From Candidatus Methylomirabilota bacterium (GTDB lineage Bacteria > Methylomirabilota > Methylomirabilia > Rokubacteriales > CSP1-6): a stretch of 16,199 nt of DNA. Location: NCBI GenBank assembly GCA_025922915.1, contig JAICGY010000045.1:1-16199 (forward strand). Direction: 5' to 3'. Below the pieces are notes generated by a model. It was not told the DNA's origin, searched no databases, and saw nothing but the letters and a program-made list of their open reading frames with translations. The position numbers and the translations under genes were made by a program. Below are positions 8,773 to 15,028 of the stretch, one piece after another. How positions within the stretch are numbered: the first letter of the stretch is position 1; every line of letters starts with the position of its first letter.

Positions 8773-9513
8773 ATGACCACACTCGAGCGGGCGGAAGCGG
8801 CCGAGCACGCGCTGAGCCAGGAGCTGGACCGGCTCGTCATCGTGAAGTCGGTGATCTACACCTCGGGCGAGCGCGACCCGCGGGTGCCGGCGCCGCGGCC
8901 GCCGGCCGAGGGCAGACGCCACCTCATGGGGCACGACCCCCGCCTGCCCCGCATGCCCGACCGGCCGACCCTGTTCGACTTCTTCCGGTATCGCTTCGCG
9001 CCGGCCAGCCACCTGCTCCAGAGCGCGCGCCTGGCCCGGAAGAACGGCCTCGACGAGAAGATCGTCCTGGCCTGCCTGCTCCACGACATCGCCATCGCGG
9101 GCTTCATCCGGGGCGACCACGGGTACTGGGCGGCGCAGCTGGTCGAGCCCTACGTCGACGAGGAGGTCGCCTGGGCGATCCGCTACCACCAGGCGCTGCG
9201 GTTCTACCCCGACGAGTCGGTCGGGTACCGGTACCCGGACCTGTACGCGACGCTCTTCGGCCCGGACTACCGGCCCGAGCCGTACATCGAGCGGGCGTAC
9301 CGGTACGCGCGCGACCACCGCTGGTACATGACGGCGCGGCTGCTCACGGTCAACGACCTCTACGCCTTCGATCCCGACGTGCAGGTGGAACTGGAGGAGT
9401 TCACGGACATCGTCGGCCGGCACTTCCGGCAGCCCGAGGAAGGGCTCGGCCTCGACGCGAGCCCGTCGGCCCACATGTGGCGCACCATCATGTGGCCCAC
9501 CCGGTACCTGTAG
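8773..9513 (+). CDS. HD-domain protein resembling the myo-inositol oxygenase (MIOX/DUF706) family, short form, 246 aa
   Basis: The protein starts MTTLERAE at the ATG at 8773. Motifs [19 protein letters not shown] and [14 protein letters not shown] parallel the MIOX motifs LVGLLHDLGK, GDTFPVG and MIRFHSFYPWH. The stop is TAG at 9511-9513. The family call comes from remembered motifs, not from a search. Confidence 0.55.
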   Translation: MTTLERAEAAEHALSQELDRLVIVKSVIYTSGERDPRVPAPRPPAEGRRHLMGHDPRLPRMPDRPTLFDFFRYRFAPASHLLQSARLARKNGLDEKIVLACLLHDIAIAGFIRGDHGYWAAQLVEPYVDEEVAWAIRYHQALRFYPDESVGYRYPDLYATLFGPDYRPEPYIERAYRYARDHRWYMTARLLTVNDLYAFDPDVQVELEEFTDIVGRHFRQPEEGLGLDASPSAHMWRTIMWPTRYL

Positions 9514-9563
9514 CTCCCGGACCCGAATCTCTCACCGCGAGCCCGCCTCGCCGGAGCGCTGAC

Positions 9564-10472
9564 ATGACCACGTCCGTCGGATTCATCGGTGTCGGCAACA
9601 TGGGCAACCCGATGGCAGGCAATGTCTTGAAGGCCGGGTTCCCGCTGACGGTCTTCGACAAGCACGCGCCGGCCATGGCCAACCTGGTCGGGGCGGGAGC
9701 GAAGGCCGGCGGGTCGGCGGCGGACGTCGTCGACCGCTCGGAGATCGTGCTCACCTGCCTGCCCGCCTCGCCCGACGTCGAGGCTGCCTACCTGGAGCCG
9801 GGCGGCCTGGTCGAGCGCGCGCGGCCCGGGATGATCCTGATCGACCTGAGCAGCGTCCTGCCCTCCACGCCGCGGACGATCGAGCCCCGGGCCCGCGCGC
9901 GCGGCGTGCACTTCCTGGAGGCGCCGGTCAGCGGCGGCGTGAGCGGGGCCCGCGCGGCCACGCTGGCCGTCATGGTGGGCGGCGACGCCGCCGTGCTGGA
10001 GCGGGCCCGCCCGGTTCTCCGGGCCCTGGGCCCGAACGTCTTCCACGTCGGCGCCGTCGGCGCGGGCAACACCGTGAAGGCGATCAACAACATGATGTCC
10101 TGCGTGAACGCGCTCGCCATGATGGAAGGGGTCGCGGTGGGGCTGAAGGCCGGCCTCGACCCGATGACGATCTACGAGGTCGTCAAGGCGAGCAGCGGGT
10201 CCAGCAAGTCGCTCGAGCGCCTGCCCACCGCCATCGTCCCCCGCAAGTTCGACCCGGGCTTCAAGGTCCGGTTGATGAACAAGGACCTCGAGACCTTCAC
10301 CGCCATCGCGAAGGAGCTCCACGTGCCGGTCAGCTTCGCCAACGTCGCGCAGCGCTACGAGCAGATGGCGATGGCGGCCGGCCTCGCCGATCAGGACACG
10401 AGCGTGGTCATGACGCTGATCGAGCGGCTGGCGGCCATCGAGCCGCCGGCCGGGGGCAAGCCGGGAGCCTGA
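9564..10472 (+). CDS. NAD(P)-dependent beta-hydroxyacid dehydrogenase (3-hydroxyisobutyrate dehydrogenase / tartronate semialdehyde reductase family)
   Basis: The true start is the ATG at 9564 (MTTSVGFIGVGNMGNPMAGN, a Rossmann GxGxxG). The listed ORF starts earlier, at the GTG at 9477 inside the 3' end of the upstream gene. Family motifs include LEAPVSGG and GAGNTVKAINNMM. A GGAG lies 7 nt upstream of the ATG. Confidence 0.85.
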   Translation: MTTSVGFIGVGNMGNPMAGNVLKAGFPLTVFDKHAPAMANLVGAGAKAGGSAADVVDRSEIVLTCLPASPDVEAAYLEPGGLVERARPGMILIDLSSVLPSTPRTIEPRARARGVHFLEAPVSGGVSGARAATLAVMVGGDAAVLERARPVLRALGPNVFHVGAVGAGNTVKAINNMMSCVNALAMMEGVAVGLKAGLDPMTIYEVVKASSGSSKSLERLPTAIVPRKFDPGFKVRLMNKDLETFTAIAKELHVPVSFANVAQRYEQMAMAAGLADQDTSVVMTLIERLAAIEPPAGGKPGA

Positions 10473-10515
10473 CAGATCCGGGGGGCTCCGGGCGCCTCAC
10501 CCCCCAACGCTCGCA

Positions 10516-10540
10516 CCCGCCCCGGCCAAGCCGGGGCGGG
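10516..10540. terminator. Strong GC hairpin (10-bp perfect stem CCCGCCCCGG / CCGGGGCGGG with loop CCAAG) between convergent genes; putative bidirectional intrinsic terminator. A second, weaker G6...C6 hairpin lies at 10480-10505.
   Basis: The inverted repeat was read directly. It sits in the 92-bp gap between the dehydrogenase 3' end (10472) and the NMT1-like gene 3' end (10565). There is no U-tract. Confidence 0.5.
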
Positions 10541-10564
10541 GCGCGGTACGGCGATGACGCCCCG

Positions 10565-11452
10565 TCAGGCGGCGGGCGGCGAGGCCACCACGTCCTCGTA
10601 GCGGTGGCGCCGGGTGATCAGGCCGGCGTGCTGGAAGACGTCGAGGGTGGCCTCGAAGGCGGGGCGCGTGATCTCGACGTGGGGCGTCCAGCAGCCGAGA
10701 CGCTGGTAGGCGGCGATGGTCGCGGTCAGCACCGCGCGGTCGATGCCGGGGAAGAACGACGCCTCCGCCTCGGCGATCCCGGCGGCCGGCGTCTCGACGA
10801 CCCAGGCGCGCGCCTTGCGGTACGCCCGCATGAACCTGCGGGCCGCCTCGGTGCCGAGCCAGTCGCGCGTCGCGGCCAGGCTCGAGAAGGCGCAGGGACC
10901 GATCGCGTCGCCCACGGAGGCCACGATGTGGCCGGCGCCGTCGTGCTCGAGCTGCTGCGGCGCCGGCCCCTGCTGGTGGATGTAGTCCCCCTCGCCCTTG
11001 CGGAAGGCCTGGTCCATCTGCCCGCTCGGCACGTCCAGCGCCTGGATGGCCGCGTAGTCCAGCCCGCGCCGGTGGCACGCGTACTTGAACATCGCCAGCG
11101 GCTGCCCGCCGTGATCGACGAGGACGCGCCGGCCCCGCAGCCGCTCCCAGGTGAAGCCGGGGTCCGCCGCGCGGGCGGTGAGGAAGAAGCCGTCCTTCTC
11201 GTTGATCTGCGCGAAGTGGACGGCCGGCGGCGTCTGCCCCTTCTCGAGCGGCCCGAACCCCTGCGAGGGCGCGGACTGCACGACGTGGGCGGCCCCGCTC
11301 ACGAGCGCCTCGATCGCGGACTTGCCGGCCGGCGCCACCGTGTGGCGGGGCTCGAAGCCCTCCTCCTTCAGGAAGCCGCCGGCGATGGTGGCGATCAGCG
11401 GCGTGTAGAAGGCGGAGAAGCGCGTGAACTGGATGCCGAGCTCGGTGCTCAC
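10565..11452 (-). CDS. NMT1/THI5-like (SsuA/TauA-type periplasmic-binding-fold) protein with no detectable signal peptide
   Basis: The start is the GTG at complement 11450-11452, preceded by a perfect AGGAGG at 6-nt spacing. The product begins (M)STELGIQFTRFSAFYTPLIATIAGGFLKEEGFE. The listed 702-aa ORF is an upstream in-frame extension through the amidase gene in a different frame. Confidence 0.7.
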   Translation of the reverse strand: MSTELGIQFTRFSAFYTPLIATIAGGFLKEEGFEPRHTVAPAGKSAIEALVSGAAHVVQSAPSQGFGPLEKGQTPPAVHFAQINEKDGFFLTARAADPGFTWERLRGRRVLVDHGGQPLAMFKYACHRRGLDYAAIQALDVPSGQMDQAFRKGEGDYIHQQGPAPQQLEHDGAGHIVASVGDAIGPCAFSSLAATRDWLGTEAARRFMRAYRKARAWVVETPAAGIAEAEASFFPGIDRAVLTATIAAYQRLGCWTPHVEITRPAFEATLDVFQHAGLITRRHRYEDVVASPPAA

Positions 11453-11469
11453 GATGTTCCTCCTGGCCG

Positions 11470-12945
11470 TCAGCTGAGGTCGTAGCCCGGCGGGCGGCGG
11501 AAGCCGCCGATCTCGCCCCCGAGCAGCGCGGCGAAGCGGATCGGCGTCAGGTCCTCCAGGTACGGGCCGATCGCCTGCAGGCCGATCGGGAGGCCCTCGG
11601 GCGAGAGCCCGACGGGGAACGCCGTCGCGGGCTGGCCGGCCACGGTGGACACGGCCGGGTACACGAGGCCGTGCAGGTAGGGCACGGCCCGCCCGCCGAC
11701 CGTGAAGGTCAGCGTCAGGTCGCTGTCGTCCTGCGGCCAGGCGCGCTCCACGTGCGGGTAGGCGAGCACGTTGATCGCCGGGGCGAGCAGCACGTCCCAG
11801 TCGCCGAAGAAGGCGCGCCAGGCCGCGCGGTACTGCTCCCGCCGGCCGTTCCAGAGGATGTAGTCGCCCGGCGCCCCCTCGAGCCCGCGCAGGTGCGCAC
11901 GGGAGAAGTCGTCGTCGTGCTTGCGCCACATGGCGAGGCGCTGCCGGCGCGTGTCCTCGTCGACGCGCGCGCTCGTCACCGCGGACAGCAGCGCGCGGTA
12001 GAGGGCGTGGTGCTCGCGGTGGTCGCCGAGCGGCTCGGGCTGGGCCTCGCCGACGGTGCAGCCGAGGCGGCCGAGCCACGACGCGACGTCCTGCAGGGCC
12101 GCCGTGATGCGGTCGTCCACGGTCAGCCACGGGATCGCGGGCAGCACGGCCACCCGGAAGTCGGCGAGCCGGTCGTGGCGCGCGGGCGGCAGCTCGACGC
12201 GCCAGGCCACGTCCTCGCCCGTGTCGGGGCCGGCCAGGACCGACAGCGCCAGCGCCAGGTCCTCGGCGCTGCGCGCCAGCGGGCCCTGCACGCCCATCAC
12301 CACGGCGGCGTTGGGCAGCGGCGGCATCGGGAACTGGCCGCTGCGCGGCAGCAGCGTCTCGCTCGGACGGTGGCCGTACACGCCGCAGAACGCCGCGGGG
12401 ACGCGGATCGAGCCTCCGATGTCCGAGCCCACCTCGAGGGCCGTGAGCCCGGCCGCCAGCGCCGCCGCGCCGCCGCCGCTGCTGCCACCCGGGGTGCGCG
12501 TCACGTCCCACGGGTTGCTCGACCGGCCGTGGACCGGGTTGGCGGACTGCCAGTCCGCGAGCATGGGCGGCACGTTCGTCTTGCCCATCAGCACCGCGCC
12601 GGCCGCCCGCGTGCGCGCCGCGGCGGGCGCGTCGTGCTGCGAGACGAACCCTCTCCACTCGGGGACGCCGCACGTCGTGGCGAGCCCCGCGACGTTGATG
12701 GACTCCTTGAGCGTGATCGGCAGCCCCAGCAGCGGACCGCGCTCGCCGCGGGCGGCCGCCTGGTCCGCCGCGCGCGCCTGGTGGCGCGCACGCTCGAAGT
12801 CCCGCACGACGACGGCGTTCAGGCGCCCGTCGTGCCGCTCGATGCGCCGGACGTAGAGGTCGGTCAGCTCGGTCGAGCTGATCTTGCCGGCGCGCAGGGC
12901 GGCCAGCAGCTCGGTGGCACTCGCGAAGGGATCGATGTCAACCAT
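11470..12945 (-). CDS. Amidase-signature (AS) family amidase, GatA-like
   Basis: The AS signature is GGSSGGGAAALAAGLTALEVGSDIGGSIRVPAAFCGVYG, with the catalytic Ser-cisSer-Lys context. The ATG is at complement 12943-12945, preceded by AAGGAG. The TGA stop at 11470-11472 lies 17 nt from the downstream GTG start. Confidence 0.9.
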   Translation of the reverse strand: MVDIDPFASATELLAALRAGKISSTELTDLYVRRIERHDGRLNAVVVRDFERARHQARAADQAAARGERGPLLGLPITLKESINVAGLATTCGVPEWRGFVSQHDAPAAARTRAAGAVLMGKTNVPPMLADWQSANPVHGRSSNPWDVTRTPGGSSGGGAAALAAGLTALEVGSDIGGSIRVPAAFCGVYGHRPSETLLPRSGQFPMPPLPNAAVVMGVQGPLARSAEDLALALSVLAGPDTGEDVAWRVELPPARHDRLADFRVAVLPAIPWLTVDDRITAALQDVASWLGRLGCTVGEAQPEPLGDHREHHALYRALLSAVTSARVDEDTRRQRLAMWRKHDDDFSRAHLRGLEGAPGDYILWNGRREQYRAAWRAFFGDWDVLLAPAINVLAYPHVERAWPQDDSDLTLTFTVGGRAVPYLHGLVYPAVSTVAGQPATAFPVGLSPEGLPIGLQAIGPYLEDLTPIRFAALLGGEIGGFRRPPGYDLS

Positions 12946-12979
12946 GGCGCGTCTCCTTGCCGGTGCGGCCGATGATACG

Positions 12980-14584
12980 CTACTGCGCCCGGCGCCGGTC
13001 GAGGACGGTCGCCCAGTCCAGGCCGAAGCGCGCGAGGTACTTGCGCAGGCGATCGGCGTCGTTCGCGGTGGTCCGGCGCTGGCGGGAGACGGCGAAGAGC
13101 GTGCGGCCGGCGGCCGAGAGGCTGGCGGCCGAGGCGCACACGCGCAGCACCTCGGCGAGCTGCGCGCGGTCGAACCGGTCGAGGGTCTCGATGCGCCCGG
13201 GCCCGAGAAAGCGCCGCAGCGTGGCCTCCGCCTCGTCCGCGGTGGCGGGGGCCCAGAGAGCCCTGAGCCGGGCGATCTCGTCCTCGACCACCGCGGTGGT
13301 CACCCGCCCGCCGGCGGCCAGCGTGGCCATGCGCACCACCGCCGCGTTGAAGTCCCGGAAGTTGGCGGGCCAGCTCGCCTCCGCCGAGGCGGCGAACGTC
13401 AGGAACGCGGCCCGAGCCTCCCGGTTGAACGTCACCCGGGTGCCGTGGCGGGCCGCCCACTGATCCAGCTCGTAGTCGAGGTTCGGCTCCAGGTCCTCGA
13501 CGCGCTCGCGCAGTCCCGGCAGGTGGAAGGTCCACAGGTTGATGCGGGCGAGCAGGTCGTCGCGGAACCGTCCGTGGCGGACGGCCTGTCCGAGGTCGCG
13601 GTTCGTGCCGGCGATGAGCTGGAAGTCGCTGCGCACCTCGCGGTCCGACCCGACGGGCAGGAAGATCTTGTCCTCCAGCGCGCGCAGGAGCATGGCCTGC
13701 TCGTCGGGGCCGAGCTCCCCGATCTCGTCGAGGAACAGGACGCCCCTGTCGGCCGTGCGCAGGAGACCCGGGCGGGGCTGGAGCGCGCCCGTGAACGCGC
13801 CGCGCACGTGGCCGAAGAGCGCCGACATGGCCGCGTCGCCCCGGATGGTGGCGCAGTTCACCTCGACGAACGGCCCCTCGACCTGGCGGCGGGCCTTCTT
13901 CAGCTCGTAGACGCGGCGGGCCAGCTGCGACTTGCCGGCGCCCGTGGGCCCGGTGAGGAGCAGGGGCGCCGTGGAGGCGATGGCAACCTGCTCGATTCGC
14001 TCGATGAGCCGGTTGAACCCGGCGTTGCGGGTGTCGATCCCCGATTTCAGGAACGAGAGCCCCTCGCGCTGCTGCCGCTGGAAGCGGGAGGCCAGGCGGT
14101 CGTACTTCGACAGGTCCAGGTCGATGATCGTGCAGCTGCCCGGCCCGCCGTCGCTGCGCCGCCGCGGCGGCGAGGCCTGCAGGAGCCGGCCGGGGATGTC
14201 CCGCGACTCGGTCAGCAGGAAGAGACAGATCTGGACGACGTGCGTGCCCGTCGTGACGTGGACGAGGTAGCTCTCCTCCTCCGGGCGGAAGGGGTAGCCG
14301 CGGGCGAAGTCGTGGAGCGCGCCGTACACCTGCTCGAAGTCCCACGGGTCGGCGAGTGCCAGCTCGTGCAGCCGGACCTCGGTCTCCGGGGACACCGTGC
14401 GGATGTCGCCCACGATCTCCTCGGCGAGGCGCCGGAACCGCGGCTGGCTGAGGAGCTCGAAGCGGCGGACCAGCAGGTCCTCGTGACGGCACAGGTCGAC
14501 CGTCGGCCGCCACTGGCGCCAGCGGTCGGGGCCGCCGCGATCGAGGGTGCTGCCGAGCATGCCGATCACCACGTTGTCCGGCAT
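12980..14584 (-). CDS. rtcR: RtcR, the sigma-54-dependent transcriptional activator of the RNA repair (rtc) operon: N-terminal CARF-like domain, central AAA+ bEBP domain, C-terminal HTH
   Basis: It matches the remembered E. coli RtcR along its full length. The N-terminus is MPDNVVIGMLGSTLDRGGPDRWRQWRPTV. Other shared segments are PWDFEQVYGALHDFARGYPF, Walker A LLLTGPTGAGKS, the bEBP hallmark GAFTGA (HVRGAFTGA), FLDEIGELGPDEQAMLLRALE, and the C-terminal DADRLRKYLARFGL. The ATG is at complement 14582-14584. Confidence 0.9.
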   Translation of the reverse strand: MPDNVVIGMLGSTLDRGGPDRWRQWRPTVDLCRHEDLLVRRFELLSQPRFRRLAEEIVGDIRTVSPETEVRLHELALADPWDFEQVYGALHDFARGYPFRPEEESYLVHVTTGTHVVQICLFLLTESRDIPGRLLQASPPRRRSDGGPGSCTIIDLDLSKYDRLASRFQRQQREGLSFLKSGIDTRNAGFNRLIERIEQVAIASTAPLLLTGPTGAGKSQLARRVYELKKARRQVEGPFVEVNCATIRGDAAMSALFGHVRGAFTGALQPRPGLLRTADRGVLFLDEIGELGPDEQAMLLRALEDKIFLPVGSDREVRSDFQLIAGTNRDLGQAVRHGRFRDDLLARINLWTFHLPGLRERVEDLEPNLDYELDQWAARHGTRVTFNREARAAFLTFAASAEASWPANFRDFNAAVVRMATLAAGGRVTTAVVEDEIARLRALWAPATADEAEATLRRFLGPGRIETLDRFDRAQLAEVLRVCASAASLSAAGRTLFAVSRQRRTTANDADRLRKYLARFGLDWATVLDRRRAQ

Positions 14585-14711
14585 TGCCGTAGATGATCGT
14601 CTAATACACTAGCCGATGCTATACGAAAATCTGCGGGGTCGAGCAGCCGGCACCGAGGCCTATCGTCAATGAAACCGGATCGTTGCGGCTCACCACGGGC
14701 GGCTCTCGGAC

Positions 14712-14728
14712 CTGGCCCGCTGCGTGCC
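14712..14728 (+). promoter_or_regulatory. Candidate sigma-54 (-24/-12) promoter CTGGCCCGCTGCGTGCC directing transcription toward the SPFH-rtcB genes
   Basis: GG at 14714-14715 and GC at 14726-14727 are separated by exactly 10 nt. The -24 element TGGCCC matches the TGGCAC consensus at 5 of 6 positions, and the -12 element GTGC matches TTGC at 3 of 4. It lies in the divergent intergenic region next to rtcR, as expected for an RtcR target. The predicted start is near 14738-14740. Confidence 0.45.
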
Positions 14729-14746
14729 TTGCTCACCGTCCGTCGA

Positions 14747-14781
14747 CGGGGGCCACGGTGGAAGCGCGGCCGTGGCCCCCG
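14747..14781 (+). promoter_or_regulatory. Perfect 12-bp GC-rich hairpin (CGGGGGCCACGG / CCGTGGCCCCCG, 11-nt loop) at the predicted 5' end of the sigma-54 transcript
   Basis: The inverted repeat was read directly: 14747-14758 pairs with 14770-14781. It lies about 10 nt downstream of the predicted transcription start. Confidence 0.4.
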
Positions 14782-14822
14782 GGGACGGGAGGAGCGAGCA
14801 ACGCCAATGGAGCGGCAGGCCA

Positions 14823-14909
14823 GGTGGCGGATCCGGCGTGCCGGGTTCGCATGACCGATTGGGCCGTCGCGTGGTGAGGCAAGGGGTTCGAATCCCCACC
14901 GCCTCCACC
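14823..14909 (+). ncRNA. tRNA-like structured element (candidate Y-RNA/YrlA-like tRNA mimic or degenerate tRNA/tmRNA-like module). It has a canonical T-arm AGGGG-TTCGAAT-CCCCA, closed by an 8-bp terminal helix GGTGGCGG / CCGCCTCC with one U-U mismatch, then ACC.
   Basis: GGTTCGAATCC at 14885-14895 is the tRNA T-stem/T-loop consensus. The 3' tail CCGCCTCCACC resembles the CUCCACCA 3' end of tRNA-Ala and tmRNA acceptors. 14823-14830 pairs with 14899-14906. No regular D-arm or anticodon arm could be folded by eye, so a canonical tRNA is unlikely. The minus-strand reading gives the wrong T-loop polarity. Confidence 0.4.
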
Positions 14910-14961
14910 CGCCTGGCGCCGGAGGGGACCGTCCCTTCCCCGGCCGCCTGGCCCTGAAGAG

Positions 14962-14981
14962 GCCCGGCCTTTCCGCCGGGC
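14962..14981 (+). terminator. GC hairpin (GCCCGGC-CTTTCC-GCCGGGC, 7-bp stem) downstream of the tRNA-like element and upstream of the SPFH gene; possible attenuator, processing or termination signal. A second hairpin lies at 14921-14939 (GGAGGGG-ACCGT-CCCTTCC).
   Basis: The inverted repeats were read directly. There is no U-tract. They sit between the candidate ncRNA and the ATG at 15029. Confidence 0.3.
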
Positions 14982-15028
14982 GCCGGGCCCAGCCGGGTGG
15001 AGGTCCTGACTCGAGCGAGGAGCGAGCG

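Noticed and set aside
6149-8782. 877-aa minus-strand ORF
   Set aside because: It is an in-frame concatenation of non-coding shadow sequence with the real 403-aa PLP enzyme, whose ATG is at 7358-7360. thrC, in the adjacent frame, ends with TGA overlapping that ATG.
7390-9513. 707-aa plus-strand ORF
   Set aside because: Only the last 246 codons (from the ATG at 8773) form a coherent HD-domain protein. The upstream part is antisense to thrC, acidic and repetitive low-complexity sequence with no motifs.
10604-12975. Plus-strand ORFs (293, 434 and 266 aa) antisense to the NMT1-like and amidase genes
   Set aside because: They are shadow ORFs with no motifs. The amidase AS signature and the NMT1 fold are on the minus strand.
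12864-14596. Overlapping 549-aa (minus) and 570-aa (plus) ORFs across the rtcR region
   Set aside because: Both are Arg/Pro/Gly-rich shadow frames. The 12980..14584 minus frame carries unambiguous RtcR homology (Walker A, GAFTGA, and N- and C-termini that align with E. coli RtcR).
14806-14853. 15-codon uORF MERQARWRIRRAGFA overlapping the 5' strand of the tRNA-like helix
   Set aside because: The nearest GGAGG is about 12-14 nt upstream, which is too far for an efficient Shine-Dalgarno. The Arg-rich composition is typical of GC noise. It is more parsimonious as part of a structured RNA.
14823-14909. Canonical tRNA gene on either strand
   Set aside because: The T-arm is perfect, but no D-arm (GG-containing loop with a 4-bp stem) or anticodon arm folds at the required spacing. 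The 3' end reads ACC, not CCA, after the candidate discriminator. The reverse strand gives the wrong T-loop polarity (ATTCGAA). It is therefore kept as a tRNA-like element, not called as a tRNA.
14669-14957. Small plus-strand ORFs (61, 64 and 77 aa) within the rtcR/rtc intergenic region
   Set aside because: They have no ribosome-binding sites, a low-complexity Arg/Gly/Pro composition, and mutually overlapping frames. They lie in a region better explained by a promoter plus structured RNA.
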